Source: Lama guanicoe (lineage: Eukaryota). From it: DNA of 64,000 bases. Location of the stretch: the NCBI GenBank assembly GCA_013239625.1, contig MU056000.1, forward strand, positions 12,475,175 through 12,539,174, in the 5' to 3' direction. Below the pieces are notes generated by a model that was not told the DNA's origin, did not search any database, and saw only the letters and a list, made by a program, of their open reading frames with translations. Of this stretch, positions 11,659-26,100 are shown piece after piece (position 1 is the stretch's first letter; every line of letters begins with the position of its first letter). The position numbers and the translations under genes are program-made.

Positions 11659-12624
11659 ATCTTTAAGACCGGGAGCTACGACTTGCATGCCGCTTCCCTG
11701 TGCTCATCCCCACTGCTGGGCATACCACCCGTGGAGACTCCTTCACCATTTTTGTAGTATGAGAGCCAAGAATCCCAGATAAAGGGTAAAGAAGTCCAGA
11801 ATGACGTAATACTGCAAAAAATGTTACTGCTGTTTCTAAGAGGAGTGAAAAGAAAGCTCAAGCCAGTTTTGAGTTGGGCATGATTCCTGTTGCAAGAGGG
11901 TGTGAACTGGGGGAGATACATCTGAAAAACAAACCAGCCTCTCCCAACCCCTCAAACCCTTAGGGTATTTAGACAGCATAATAGAATACAATTAATGTCA
12001 GCAGCACAAGGCGGGGCAGACTAGCAGGCCCTGACTTGTTAGCAGTTGTCTGCCTGGTTTACCTGGTAGAGGAAGTACCTGACTGCTAGAACAAATGTTC
12101 TGGGTCGCTCATATGCACCACGGTTAGTGTGAGGTTTAAGTGGCTGGGGATGAATTCCCATTGAAATCTGATTCTGAAGATGTATTTAGCTACCGCCCTA
12201 CCTAATTAACCAGTCCACTCTTGAGAGAGGGAGAGGCATGGGTAGCACTTGTTAAATATGGAGGTTTGTAAAACCTTCTGAAAAGGAGGAAATGGCTGTA
12301 CTTGAGGGAAGTGGCGATGAGGTACTTTTGCAGCCATGGTTCTGGATGGAGAGAGGGGAACACCATTCCTTTCTGTTCCTAAGGGTGTCCAGATTCCCCT
12401 TGTGTGGGCAGGATTTCTGGTAAGTACGATACAGGAAGCAAAACTACATTGGTCTAGATCAACAGTCAATGACCTCTTGTTTCTAAGCCCCACCACTCCC
12501 TCCTTCTAGTGTTTTCAGGGGCAAAAAGGAGAAGAGAGCATGAGAGGAGGAAGGGGAGGGGTGGGAGAGGGGAGGATGGAGGCGTATCTGCAGAAACAGG
12601 AATGGTAGAGGCAGGGGTGCTTTG

Positions 12625-12967
12625 TTCCCGCGTTTCTCTGCTGGGGCTGCCAGAACAGAGCACAGGACCAGGAGGCTAGAACTCCAAGGTCAGGGTGTTG
12701 ACAGGTTTGGTTTCCTCTGCGGTCTCTCACCTAGGCTTGCAGACGGCTGCCTTCCTGCTGTGTTCTCACAGGGTCTTGTGTCTGCGTGCATGCACCCCTG
12801 GTGTCTCTTTCAGTCCCAGTCTCTTTACATAAGGGCACCAGCCCGATGGGTGAAGGCCCACCTCAATGGCTTCATTTGAAATTAATTAACCTCTTAATGG
12901 CCCTATCTGCAAAGACTGCAGTTTAGAGCTTCAGTATATGAATGGGGGTGGCGGGTGGGGCACAACG
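12625..12967 (-). mobile_element. MaLR LTR (MLT1B/C-like)
   Basis: GGGCTGCC..AACA...GGAGGCTAGAA.TCCAAGGTCAGGGTGTTGACAGG...GGCTTGCAGACGGCTGCCTTC. Confidence 0.8.
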
Positions 12968-14529
12968 CAGGTTGCGAAAATTTGTGCTTCATATTAAGAA
13001 AAGTGGTTTACAGTGAAGAACATTTACAGCCCCTGTGCAAAGTGCAGTTTCACTTGGCAGGAAGAAAGGAGTGGGGAGAATCAGCTACACTCCAGCCTGA
13101 TTTAATCCTCACGACTCCATGTGAGGCAAACATATATCCTCTTCTGACAACATGAGACGCAAAAAAAATTAATTTTGCTAAGATTGGCATTACTAGGACA
13201 GGTAGAGCCTGGTGTGGGATTCAAAGCCTATTTCTGTGGCTTTGTTGTACCAGGGATGGCAAAGGGTGTATGCAGGTACCCCTCCCTCTGTGCACTCGTG
13301 CTGGACATGGGTACATGGACGAGGCCTCAGAATCCTTCTCAACACAGTGCTCTAGGCAGTCGCCACCATTCAGTAGGCGTTAGCATGCGGCATTGTTCAT
13401 TCTGGCACTGTGTTATCATGCTTTTCCTCTGTGTGAAGCCTTTCCCATTTGGTTACCCAAATATGACAAGAATGAATAAAGGAAGAGAGAAGGATTTACT
13501 TAGTCCATGCAGTGTAATGAACTAGCCAGTCTTGAGTAAATCAAAATAGAGTTATTCTGGGAAAGCCCATTTGATAGTGGTTCAAGAAAGTGCCCTTCCT
13601 ACCCTGTATGGAAGGGTTGACCAGATGTACCTGCCAGTTGACAATCCTATTCTGCCATTGGTAGGGGATTCACCCGACTGAATCTTACCACAGGGCAAGT
13701 TTTACTGGATGGACACTTGAAGACATTAGAAGATAACAGGCTTTACCAGAAAGCAGATGTGGGAAGAATGCTTGGAATTTTCTAGGTTTCTGTATGGTGC
13801 ACCGTGAGGAGTGGGCAGTTAGTGGCAGGCATCATATGGAGTCTTTGATGACTACAAAAACCAAGGCTAATGAATTTTGGGGCCTTTCCAAGTAATAAAA
13901 CAAGTAGTGATACTGAAGGGATTTTTTGAGGGGCACTCTCAGCGAATGTGGATGTGGGGATATCCTCACTTAACACTTTTGAGAAGATTTTATTTTTTAA
14001 AGCAGTTGACAGCTTTTGAAAGTGCCCTGTCGGGTGATTCAGTCATTGCCTTTCTGTTTCAAACTTCAAGTCACGTCATGTTGTGTTAACGATAGCAATA
14101 AAGAATATTACCTCATTAATCCACAGTGTAATTGAATATGATAATTCAATCTGACTATACTCGATGAGCCACCAGCCCTACACTAACTGAAAGCTGGTAA
14201 TGTTTATTATCTTTTATTAAAATTTTTCACTGGCAAATTATTTCCGGCATAAAACCTGCAATGAGGGTTGCTGTAGAATTTTTTATCTTAAGTCTTTAAT
14301 TCATGCAACATCTACCGCCAAGCCCACGTCTGTGGTCTTCGGTGCTCGCTTTCTGGTCGATAGCACCTTCCTCCATTCATTCCAGAAAACTGGGATCTTT
14401 CTGCTGACAAAGTTCTGTAAAGTCTAATTGTAATTACCCCTCACATACGTCCGTCCATTTCCCTGTACACTAAGTCACGGATCTAGTCGCAGCTTCTGTC
14501 CCTCCCCTTGACTGCTCCCCTAATACTCC

Positions 14530-14990
14530 TCTGAATCTAAGCACGGCACGCCTGTGCCTAAGACTTCTATATCAAGACTTTCTGTTACACTTGGAATAAA
14601 ACATCAAAGTCCTTTGCTGGCCTGTGAGTTCCTGCATGTTCATCTTTTCCCATTTCCCTCTTCTGCCTCCTTGCATCCTCTCTCTCAGCCACGCTCTGTT
14701 CCCACGTGGCCTGCCTTTCCGGTCTCCCAGCGCTCCAAGCTCTTTCCTGCTGTCCTCCTGCCTGGAATATTCTTTTCCCCACTGTCCAAGTGCTCCTCAG
14801 CCTAACTGCCACTTTCTCAGAGGCGCTTCTCCTGACTGTCCCCACTCCTCTCGCAGCACTTGGCATTTTTGCCCCCACATTTATCAGAACTGTTGTGATT
14901 GATTAGTGTCTCTTCTCCTCTAGACAGAGAGACCCAGGAGGCAGGGATGTGTCGGTTCTGTTGACCCATAACAGCGCTGTACAACAGTTC
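14530..14990 (+). mobile_element. L2 3' fragment
   Basis: GGAATAAAACATCAAAGTCCTT...CTGCCTGGAATATTCTT...CTCTAGAC...GAGGCAGGGATGTGTC. Confidence 0.65.
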
Positions 14991-17944
14991 TGGTCCATCC
15001 TGAGCAAACCTTACTTGCCCGGTGTCGAAGGTTGCCCATAGTCCATTATATTCATGGAGGGCACACGTCTTCTGAAAGTCACCTTTGGCGGCTGAGACGA
15101 CCTCCGTTTATGGACACTAAATTTCACCTCATCAGTTGTGCTTACTCTGAAGATGAATATCTGATGAGCTCCAATTAGTGTAATTATTCTGTTTCCAAGC
15201 AGTAACCTTAGTAGTAATTGTTCTAAAGCCCTGTGACATTACGAGTAATTAGTCCTACTAATTACTGCTTCCAAGCTTTCTCCTAAGGTAGAGTCTCAAA
15301 GGAAAAATGAAATTGTGTTGTTATTTGGGAAACGAATAGTATGACGTTGTGGGGTTGTTTTTTTTTTTTTTTTCCCCCAGAAAGAAACCACAAGGAATGA
15401 AAGCTGATGCTCATGGTCATTCTGTTTCTCATCTGTTCCTCCAAGTTGTTGAATGCCGTGGGTCTGCTACAGATCCATTATACTGAACGTCTTAACCAAT
15501 GCATTTTCATAACAGTCTTTGTGAAGTCAGGAGTGTTAGGCCTCCAGATGGCTTTAAATCTGAACACACTCGTGGATTGTAAACCTGCTGAAGTAAATGT
15601 GAATTTAGCCCTGGTTCTGTGCTGGGACCGCTTACTTTAAATGCTGAGTTCCTCCAGTCCAGGACTTTGCTTTGTTCATCTTTGGATGTCAGTTTCTAGC
15701 ACAAAACCTATGGTCCAGTAAGGGCTGAAGGCACTGAAGGGCACTGGTTTATGGCCGTTTGACAAATAAGGCATATTTCAGAGTGTTGGGAACCACATCC
15801 GGGAACCAGCTTGTAATGAACCTTTAGCAAATATCACAGGGTTTTCTTTGGGGTGGGTGGGATAAACACAATTAAGACTACATCTGTGATTTACTCTTCA
15901 GCCCCTCGTTTACACGTACTCCTTGATGGTCAGTATTCAGCGTTCCTTGTCTCATCCCTGAGTGTCTTTGGCCTCAGTTTGAACTGAAATTCTTAAAGAT
16001 AAATATTTCATGTTAACCCTGAGATCTCTCACAGGTCAGTGTCTAGTTTTCGAAAGCTGATCCTTAACGATGGAATTCTTGTTAACGAAAAAAAGATTTG
16101 TAGTTTTTTTTACAATGATAGGACACTGGTTTCTAAAGTAACCTGTAGTTAAGAAATAATAATGCAGGTTTCCAGGAAGCAAGTCTAATCTGACAATACA
16201 GTTTACTCATTCTAAAACATTTTTAGATTTGGTGCTTTATTTGTAAAATTTTTGCTTTAATAGGCTTCTGTTTTACATATTCAAAGTGCAGTTGTGTTGA
16301 GGTGATTGTCAGGTCTTTACTGTCTATATCCATTGGCCTCTAAGACATTGTCATATCATCTACATGATTTATACCATGAACACCGGCTACTTTTACTATG
16401 AAATCAATACTTTGTCTTAAAATGGTCTCATTTTAAATGAATTCAGTTTATGAATGAGCCAGTGGCATTCTCTGCAGCTGTGGCTCCTTCATCTCGCCCT
16501 CCTGTCCCTGATGCCACCCCCCCTCCAACAGGTAGGATGGCCCTTCCAGATGGACATAAAGGAACTGGCCATTGAGAGATGGGGGCACACCTAGGGATCA
16601 TCTACTCTGTAGGATCAAGTCCATTTGATTTAAATCGGGCTTAGAATGAAAAGGGCAGTGATAGCTCTTTGCAGTTAATTTTTTTAATCTTATGCACTGT
16701 TGAGTGTCCCTAACTCACCCTACTTACTGACGGCTGATTTCTCACCGAACTTCATGATTTGCTTTGCAGCCTCGAGGTTGTAGATTATGTACTTGGAATC
16801 TGTAATTAGCTGGAATGACATGGTACTGATGGTTGAGCAGCAGTTTCTGACACACATGAGTAACTGGATGACTGATAGACCTTTAGATGTATATTTCCAA
16901 GCAGTTTCCTGGGTGATATTTTCCTTGCTTTATTTTATTTTTTTTAAATCCTCTCATGTGACTTGCTAGGGTAAAGGTGTCATTTTGGTTTTGAAATTAA
17001 GGAATATAAACAGAAAAGTTGCTGTCGCTGCAGTCAGGAAGCCCAAGGCATGATTGGCTTTGAATTCCGCCATCTCACAACTCCAGGAAGCATTCATTCC
17101 ATGTGAGTGTCTGTCTTCTGTTATTGTGGGTACATACGTCATTCCCCTTCAACTGTATGAAAATCATTCTATTTCTGCTCTATCCGTGCGTTATTGGGTT
17201 GGACACCATGATGTACACTTACCCAGCTGAAGATAAAAGTTTAAACATTTATTTTATATAGTTAAAAGGTGAAAGTGTTGCTTTGGTGATGAATTCATTC
17301 TTTATTGAAAGATTGGTGGCATTGTTAGGCATATAAGACTAAGCCTTTTAAAAGCAGTTCCGAAGAGCAGCCAACGTGGGAGTTTTCTACTCTGTTAAAT
17401 GCAATGTGGGAAAATACAAACCGCGTTAAAATCTTGTAGAATCAGTGTTTGTTTATTGAATGAGCTGAGAGATGCAGAGACCTGTTACCTTGTTTATAAG
17501 GAGCTTACAGTCGGGGAAGGCAAACGAGTACACCAGTAATTACAGCGAGACGAGTGGGTAGACACACAGGATAGAGACACTAGCAGATAATCATTGGATT
17601 AACTACATGGACCTCTGTCCTTTCTCTGTTTCACTGTCAGTAGAGCCGTCTCTTTCACTTGCCTAAACCGTGGGGAATATTCCAAGTTCAACTGGCTATT
17701 ATTTAACGAGTTTTATGTAACTATCACTTTTGAGAATAAGGAATTCAGGATTGATTTCACTTAATTCGAAGGTCTTTTTAATCACTCTGTAGCAAAGCCA
17801 TTTACATATCTTAAATTTTCATCAAAAACAAAGTACTTTGGGATTATAAATCAAAGGAAAAGCCTTCAAGAATAGTTCTTTTTATTTTTTTAAGAAAAAA
17901 AATGACTCCATGTACATAACTGTAATTCTTGTCAGTGATTTCTC

Positions 17945-18042
17945 TTTTTTTTTTACATTTTTTATTGATTTATAATCATTTTACAATGTTGTGTCAAGTT
18001 CCAGTGTAGAGCACAATTTTTCAGTTATACATGAACATATAT
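17945..18042 (-). mobile_element. LINE-1 extreme 3' end fragment
   Basis: Poly-T then TTTATTGA...TTTACAATGTTGTGTCAA...GTGTA, shared with the L1 ends at 28640, 40181 and 47781. Confidence 0.8.
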
Positions 18043-19180
18043 AAGAAGAGTTAGTTCCTAAAACACAGTAAGAATATGCTTTAGATCTTGAGCAGAGCTG
18101 CTTCCTTAGAGTAACCGAAGGATGACGCCGTGGAGAAGCGCCCCCAGCTGCGGCTCCTCCCTGCCAGCCTAACTGCTGGGAGACAGGCTGCTCAGCTTGA
18201 GAAACAGGGGGAAGGATTTCTGTTCTCATCTTCTAGAGTCTAAGAAAAGCACCCAGTCGTTTGCAGGAGCCTTCAGATCTTTATTCTAGGGACATTACTC
18301 CCTGAATCCAGGAATGAAAGGTGCTTGTCTTTTGTTTAGAGATGTAATCTCCAGGCACACAATGGGAGGTGTGTGGAAGGGACTCTGAATTGCACATGGC
18401 CTGTGACTAAGGAGTGTCTCTAGACAAAGAAAACATTTTATTTTTGATAATATGTGCTTGGGAAATGCTCATTCCAGTTTCTTCTTGGGTTGGGTACATC
18501 TGCAGTGCTAAAGTTGATAACAGATCATTTTTCTGTTAATGTTTTGTCATAGGAATTATATTTCCTTATGTGTCTAGTTTTTTTTGCCCTAAAGTGCTGG
18601 TTTCTCTTGACTCCTCAATTATAAATAGCGTACAGGGATTCTTGAATATGATACATACATATTTAAAAAAAAATCCTTCATTGAATTTAGGGCAAGGTTG
18701 GTAACCAATCTCTCACCATTCCTCTAGCCTTCACCTTCTAGTCTGATTTGTACTCCCTGCCATCTGTATTGGCTGATTGACAGATGGTTATTTCTCACCC
18801 TCACAGGAAAACTCCTTGGACCAGAAAACCTGTCTTGCTTGACTGTTGTTCTCCTAGAATTTAAGGCAGTAATTGACCCAGAATAATTGCTCAATGTAAA
18901 TCAATGTATTGATCTTGGAGATTATTCTACTATGGGGGAGAAGAGCAAAAAATGATTATTTTTTACAGTTTTAAAATTGATTGTTACATGAATTTAAACC
19001 AGTGCTACATTGTGGGTCTCTTGGGCAAATCATTCTGAGAGCTAGTTTCCCGGCTGATCAGTGGGAATTCTTCATTCTCTGTTGATGGTCTTTCCTAAGT
19101 AGTTAAATGGCTACTGAATCGATCCTGAGTTCATGTCCTAAGAGTTTGGTTTCATGTCATTGTTTACAAAAACCAAATAT

Positions 19181-19267
19181 ATTTATTTTTTAATGGAGGT
19201 ACTGGAGATTGAACCCAGGACTTCATACGTGCTAAGCGTGCACTCTACCACTGAACTATACCCCGCC
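19181..19267 (-). mobile_element. tRNA-derived SINE (camelid-type), short
   Basis: Reverse complement gives GGGGTATAGTTCAGTGGTAGAG (A box) ... GGGTTCAATCTCCAGTACCTCC (B box) and an A-rich tail. Confidence 0.85.
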
Positions 19268-21145
19268 AAAACAAATAATTTAATAGTAGGAGTTAAAGAT
19301 TTATATAAAATCTTCAGAGACCCTAATATCTAATAGGTGAGTAGGTGGCGAGTGATGCACACTTTTAATTAGTTCCATCTTAAACAATTCTTCAGCCTTG
19401 ATGTAATTAATAAATAAATCAATTCATGGCGTAAACAGTATTGGGTAATTCCCTCTGAAATTTTCAAAAGCTAGAATTTTTTCTGTATACCTTTGAAAGC
19501 TTGTTCATGGAATGTTCCAGCCCACCTTGCAGTAAACAACCAGGAATTCTTCCTGGAGGTGTCGTAAGGAAGGCTGATAAGTCTCTCTGATAAGGAAGCA
19601 AAGAACCCTCCTTGCTCGTCTGGAATTCTTTTCTGACTTAAAACACAAACCAAAAGTCGGGTTCTTAACATTAGTGACTTGGATAATTTTCATTTGGAAG
19701 AAGGGAAACTGCCTGAATCTGGGGTTGAACTTGCAGGTAATACAGGTGTAGACATCCAGAAATGAGATGCTGCTGCAAGGCTTCTATAGTCTGGCCCTTC
19801 CTAGGTGTCCCCTGACGCTGCTTTCCAAAGTCAGAGCACTTGCAGCGTCACCAAACTAGTACAGAACGTAACACGTGTGTCAAGAGGCTCTTTAATATGG
19901 ATGCTCATTTGGGGGAGTCCTGTCTTTTCCCAGTTCGCAGTCGTGGGCGGGTCTGAGCAGTTTGATGCTTCTCCTAACTCTTTATTTGCTTCACGACTCG
20001 AAACATGTTTGCGCGCTATACCCATTCCCTTGTCTAGGTGCCTTGCTAGTCTCTATTCGAATTACTCTGTCTTTTCAGAATAGCAGTGGACTTCGCTTCT
20101 CCTTAAAATCATTCCAGATGCGTTTGGTTCTGCTCAACGTCTCCGTCTTATTGTACTGGAAGAGTGGTCACTGTTTCCAACCAACTCAGTTTACCTGGCT
20201 GGCTCTCCGAGTTTTTATTGCGAGCAAAATAAGACTTCAAAGGAACTGAAGAAGCTGGGGCGTCCTTTCTCTCTTTCAACTAACACCTCCTGATGTTTAT
20301 CCTTGGGAGTAATTTGATGTTTATTGGATGAAACATGTAGTTAGGTGTTAATGGAGGCTAATGGCAACCTTCAGAACAGTGTGTAGAAACCTTTAATATT
20401 TTTTGTTGAGCATTTGATACCCTGTGGTCAAGGGTTTCTATGGAATCCATGACATCCAGGAATAAAAATGCTTAGAGGCCCCCTAGTGGTCTCAACCGAA
20501 CGTACTGAAGTGCAGCCACAGCCATTTCACCCCTGAACTTGACCCACCTTTCCTTCTCCATCTCTTGCTGTCTCTTCTTCCTGCCTCGTGCCATCTCCAA
20601 TTTGTCATCCTATGCTCCATCACCGTGAACTATTCCTAATTTCTGATAAACATCTGAAGTGTGGCACAAAAGATCTGACACTTTAAATATGACTCATTAG
20701 GAACTGTATTTAAATATTGATACGAGAATGACTTTTCCAAGAATCTGTGGAGTGTAAACTCATTTTTGAGTGTAAGCTATTAATCACCAACCTTCTATTC
20801 CACTTCGGTTATCTTTGGTAATTGTTAAGTGCATTTCCACTCGGATAAAGACTGCCCAGCTTTCTGATAAATGTCTGGAAAAGGGGGATGGCTTTAGTGC
20901 CAACTCATTTCAGCCAAATAAGAAACCAATGGAGCTGGCTTGAGCCAATAGAATGTATGAAGGGGTCGGGGAATAAAGCCACACAACTTCTTATTCTTAC
21001 CTGGATAATCAGTCAGCACTTGACTTAATATTACACACTGCTTTAGCTCTTGAAAGAAGATAGGGCATATATGAAAAATTCCCTCACCTACTTTGGTTTT
21101 TCTTGGTAAACCTTTTTTTTTTTAAGGTGTCGTTTATTTAAAAAA

Positions 21146-21261
21146 TTTTTTTTCTTTGGTTGGGGGGAGGTAATCAGATTTATTTACTTACTTTTAATGG
21201 AGGCACTGTAGAACCCCCTGCATGCTAAGCACACACTCTACCACTGAGCTACACGCTTCCC
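21146..21261 (-). mobile_element. tRNA-derived SINE (camelid-type), internally deleted
   Basis: CACTCTACCACTGAGCTA head and GGGGGAGGTAAT...TTTAATGGAGG tail shared with other copies in the window. Confidence 0.8.
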
Positions 21262-22870
21262 ACCAGGAAAACCATTTGTGAAGTTGTCAAACCCAGGGTC
21301 CAAATAAGGTAGATCACTGTTAGTCCGTGTAGCCGGAGGCCATATGTTTGGTGACGATCGCTGCCTCTCCGCCACTCACCGTGGGATCTAGGTCTCAGCG
21401 TCCTGAAGGGCGTGTTTGAGACAGTCTTAATTACAACTTCTGTTACTTTCCTTCCAGGACCTTGCAAAGCAAGGCTGATCGAGTTTGGACTCAGTGAGGA
21501 ATTTAGACGCACGTGGCTTATTTTCATTTGTTAAGTTCTTATGGTTGAAAACAGAGGCTTCACTTAGTGTGGCAAAACTCCTCCAGTTTGGATTTCCCCT
21601 CCCCCACCACCTTGAGTCTGCAAAGTCCTCTTCGCTGTAAGCGCCGTGCTGGTGCTGGTGGAGTCTGGAAAAGTCACTCAGTGGTGTGGTGGTGGTGGTT
21701 TTTTCCTTTTCACTCTGTAGTCCTGTGTTTGGAACAGTTAAGAAAGATGCCATTTCAAAGAGTCTACCAAATAAAAAGCCTGGGCTGTGGTGATTTTGAT
21801 TCCAAGTTGATAACATAAAACCATCATGACAGGGACAGCAAAACTATGTGAAGGTGTTGTTTTTTTTTTAAATGGCATTTCACAACACTTTGTAATCTTT
21901 TAAAATTATATTATTACAAAATAAAACCTTTTCATCTACTGAACCCTGGCAGTGCTCCCAACTTTACAAAGACTGACATTTTAAGATGTGGCAACCTGGT
22001 GATTTGTCATCCCATTGTACGAATGAGGAGATTGAGACGCAGAGATACAAGGAACAGGTCACGTAGCCAGTGTGACCAGCTGTTCTTGGTCCACATTTCC
22101 CTGCTCTTATCTTGCCAGAAGCATCCTGGTCAATAGGAGAGCTTAGTTTGTTCCTTTCTGTTTGGGTAATTTCTCTTCAACTTCTTTAAGTCAGTGCCAC
22201 CCATCAGCTGCGTTTGTTGGAAATGAACAAGTTTCCAAAGCTGTCATGGGTCTGTTCCGGAGCTGGAGTGGAGCCCGTGTGCACAGCGGTGACTGGGTGG
22301 GAATGCGGCCTGTGGGTCAATTCACCAAAACAAAATTGAGACTCCAGACCCCCCTGAGTGACCAGGATCTTGAGGATTTGGGGTCAAAGCTGCAAAACCA
22401 GTACACGGAGCCAGCTTGCCAACTTGGGATTTTCTGAGACTCAAACTTAAGCTTAAAAATTAAATCAGGGGACTCAACTGAAATATTGAACTGGACTGTG
22501 GTCCCTCCATAAACTATGAGGTGTGCTGCATTTAAGGGGAAGCAGTTATCCCAGAGAGAAAGCACCCCGTCCCCTCGAAATTCTGTATCCTTTCTGGAGT
22601 GGCCGAGGAAAGAGCAAAATCTCAGTAAGGTGCTGTTTTCTTGTGCTTGTCCCCAGAGTAAGAAGGCATGCTTCATGCACCCTCCGTAGTTTTGACAGTT
22701 ACTGTCAGCCACAGTGAATTTGCAGTTCCTTTTTTTTTTTTTTAAATTTTGTTGACTCAGTTAATAAAAAAGCAAGAAGAAGTGGAAGTTTAGCGTGCAC
22801 CCCTGTCAGCAACGAACGGTGGTAAGAATGATCCTGTGGGTTCATCTCTCCCTCCCTCTCTCCCTTTCTG

Positions 22871-23146
22871 TTTTAATACTTTTCAGAGTAGTTTTAGGTG
22901 CACAGCAAAATGGAGCGGAAGGCACAGAGATTTCCCATGTATGCCCTGCCCGGATACATGCAGAGCTTCCCCGCATTATCAGCAACCCCCAGCAGCATGG
23001 TACATGTGTTACAGCTGGTGAACCTTCCTGACACACCGTCATCACCCGAAGTCCAGAGCTGACGTTAGGGTTCACACTTTGTGTTGTACATTCCGTGGGT
23101 TTGTACTGATGTATAATGACATGCATCCACCATGACTGGATCATAA
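22871..23146 (-). mobile_element. Old LINE-1 3' UTR fragment (L1MC-like)
   Basis: AGTTTTAGGTGCACAGCAAAAT...GTTAGGGTTCACACTTTGTGTTGTACATTC...GTATAATGACATGCATCCACC resembles the recalled L1MC 3' end. Confidence 0.75.
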
Positions 23147-26100
23147 CTTTGTCTCTTAATCAATGTTCAAGTCAGGCCTTCTCATTTAATTTAAGGGGGT
23201 TTGAGTGTAAGTGCATTTTTATGTCATTATGACTACTGATAATATGTTTTAAAATCTTTAAACAGCAACAAAAATTAACATTATTTATAGTCCTGCATAT
23301 TTGCTCAACTTACTAATCTTCTAACAGAGTGGAAGTTTAGAAAAAATCAACTCAGTTTTAAGAAAAAAGTATCTTTTCCCTTCTAAAAGGAATTTTTGTG
23401 GAGGGGGGAGGGCATCTCTTTAAATAAGTGAACTTGTGCTTATAAAATGACATTTTTGTAAGTCCTTCCATCCCCAGGAGTTTTCCCTTTTCTTAAAGTC
23501 TGAGTCTAAGAGTGTATCATGTGTGTAAAGGGAAAATGAACATTCTGGAACACCCGTAGCATACTGCCTCCACCAGGCTCAGGCGATAGATGGTGAAACA
23601 GAACTGTGATAGACCGATCTGGACTTAAACCTTTGCTCCATGCCTTGTTCATTCCTATATTGACTTGGATCAGTTCCTCCAACCTTCAACCTTCTTAGCT
23701 TCAGCTAGTTTGTGCCTTACTGGACGCGAATGATGTCTCCCTCCTGTTATGAGAAGGCTTCTCCAGGCACTGGAATAATTCCTCCAGAAGGGGTGATAGT
23801 TACTGTCCTCTCCCTCCCTGCCCTAATCTTACAGCATTTTTGACATGTAGTGATTCTTTTGTTGGGGGATTTGTCTTATTTGTGCGTGGACCGGGTAAGC
23901 TCTCTGCTGCCAGCCCAGGTCTGTCTCGTCCACGGCTGGGTCTTCAGCATCCGCACCTTGTACGTCTTCAATGTCTAGTTACCAACACTGCCGGCGCCAG
24001 ACAAAACACCGGAGCTCTTGCCAATGTGTTTAGCAGGCACCGTTTCTCCAGGGCAATACGTGCTGGGTGCTGTGGGAAATCAGGTAAAGTTAATTCCTTG
24101 CAATTATATCCTTATACTGTAAACTAACACCGAATGGGAGATTTCTGCTTGGTATTTTACGTTCTCAAATATTGGAAGATAACTTTCTATTCAGTGAGAA
24201 TCTCTATATTAAATATATCCAATATATATCCTCTTGAGAAGAATATATACGTTATACATTCCCTCATGTGTGGGGCTAAACTAATAAACCTGAGAGGGGA
24301 ATTTTAGACAGAGAATTGGGCCCCGGTTATTATTTCAGTGATTGCTGTTCAATCAGAACTTTGTTAGACACAAATTATTAGAGAAATGATGCTGTGCTTT
24401 GTGTCAGCTCACAGCTCTGTAACTAGATACGAGCTCATACGGGTGTTTGTAACTTGGCAACATCTGCAGGAGGGGTCTTTTTCAAAATCTCATTTTTCTA
24501 CCTCTGAGCCTCTGGGGGTTTGAACTCTGGCCGTGAACGCTGAGAATTGCCCTGTCTTCCATCGGTCATTTTGTATCATCTTTTAAAAGTCATCTGGATT
24601 TCTGAATGTTTGATTCTTAACTTGCGTTAAGATTCTGAGCATACAGAGGACTGGCCATCTGAGAGGGCTTTGGTCCAGGGACCCTCTGCGCGGAAAAGTG
24701 CTCCAAGGGCTCACTAAAGGATGTGGATCCTGACTTCATCCGTGTAACGATGTTATTGTGATGTTTTTGTTTGGTTCAGAGGATCGAAAACCGTGTTACT
24801 GTGTCTTCCTTCAGCTAGGGGAGAAATCAGTTGAAAATCAGACCGCCCAGCGGGGTGTGTTCCTCTACTGTCAGGCTTTTGAGACCCATTCGCCAAAGCT
24901 GAAACTGTCTCCCGGATGCCGCTTCTTCAAAAGGTACCCGTGGTTGGGAATCAACTTTGATGTGGCCCGAAAGTTCCTGGGCGGGCACTTAAGTCTGCCT
25001 TTGATGGAATCACCCCTCAGTCAGATTTAAGCAATGTGACTGAAATTGTGTCCCTTTTGGCATATAAGACAGTGGCAGGAATGAAGCTCATGAGTGCGGC
25101 TGAATAATGGGACTTCACATGTCCTAGATTTAACTTAAAAGAATCGGTCGAGTTCTTGTTAATGAGAATCAGGGGATAAGTGTATTGCAGAGGATTTGGA
25201 AAATAGTTAGCATTTTTGTGGTCTCTTGAGCAGTGCCCCACTGCTTCCTGGAAGAAAGACATCAGTGAGCAGAGAAATTGTGACCCCCTTTGCATCTGGG
25301 ACACCACGAAGCTGTCTTAGGCATAGACTGGCCGGGAGCCCCAGGGTCATGAGGTTTCTGTCTTGTTCTCAGTTACTTATGATTACTGCAGTTGAAACAT
25401 TTAAATATTCCAGATCTGGGATGGGGAACAGATGGTTTCATGCTAGTCAGTATTCTAGTAAATATATTTTAGATGGTTGCCTGCAGTCATACTGTTAGAA
25501 TTCTCACTTCAGCTATAAATGCAACAGTCTCTCTGGCACACACTTAAATTTAGCTGTTGTTTGTAAACTATGAAAAGACCACGTTCACAACCAGTGTCTA
25601 TTACCTGGAGAAAGTGACCAATAAATGTGTGTATCAGCAGCCTCTGCTGTGACTTCAATCTGTTGATCTGATTTGAAAACAATTGCATCGTATAAATAGA
25701 AGGGGTTTTTTTTCCCCCATCATATGTTATGGTGCTGGATAAGGATTTTGTCACTAAAATTTATTGCCACACGTCAATGCACACGTGGCACGGATTCTAC
25801 AGTTGACGACGTTGCGTAAATTTCAATGGGAGGTTATGTGTGCAGAGTTCGACAGAGTTCATTACTTTATTCAATGTTTATTCTTTTTTGTTTTTCCCCT
25901 GCCCCCGCCCCCTAGGTGTTTATTCTAAGATTGAGCATTCTCATTGCATGAACTAGAGGATTAACAAAACCAAGTTCAGTCATGGAAGTGTTCTTTCCAT
26001 CTCAGAAGGAAGGTGCAATGTCTTGCCTGCAAGATGTCCGTAGCTCCCAGCCCGTAGTCCAGCGTGGCGCCCTCAAACAAACATGACCATGGGGCCCACA

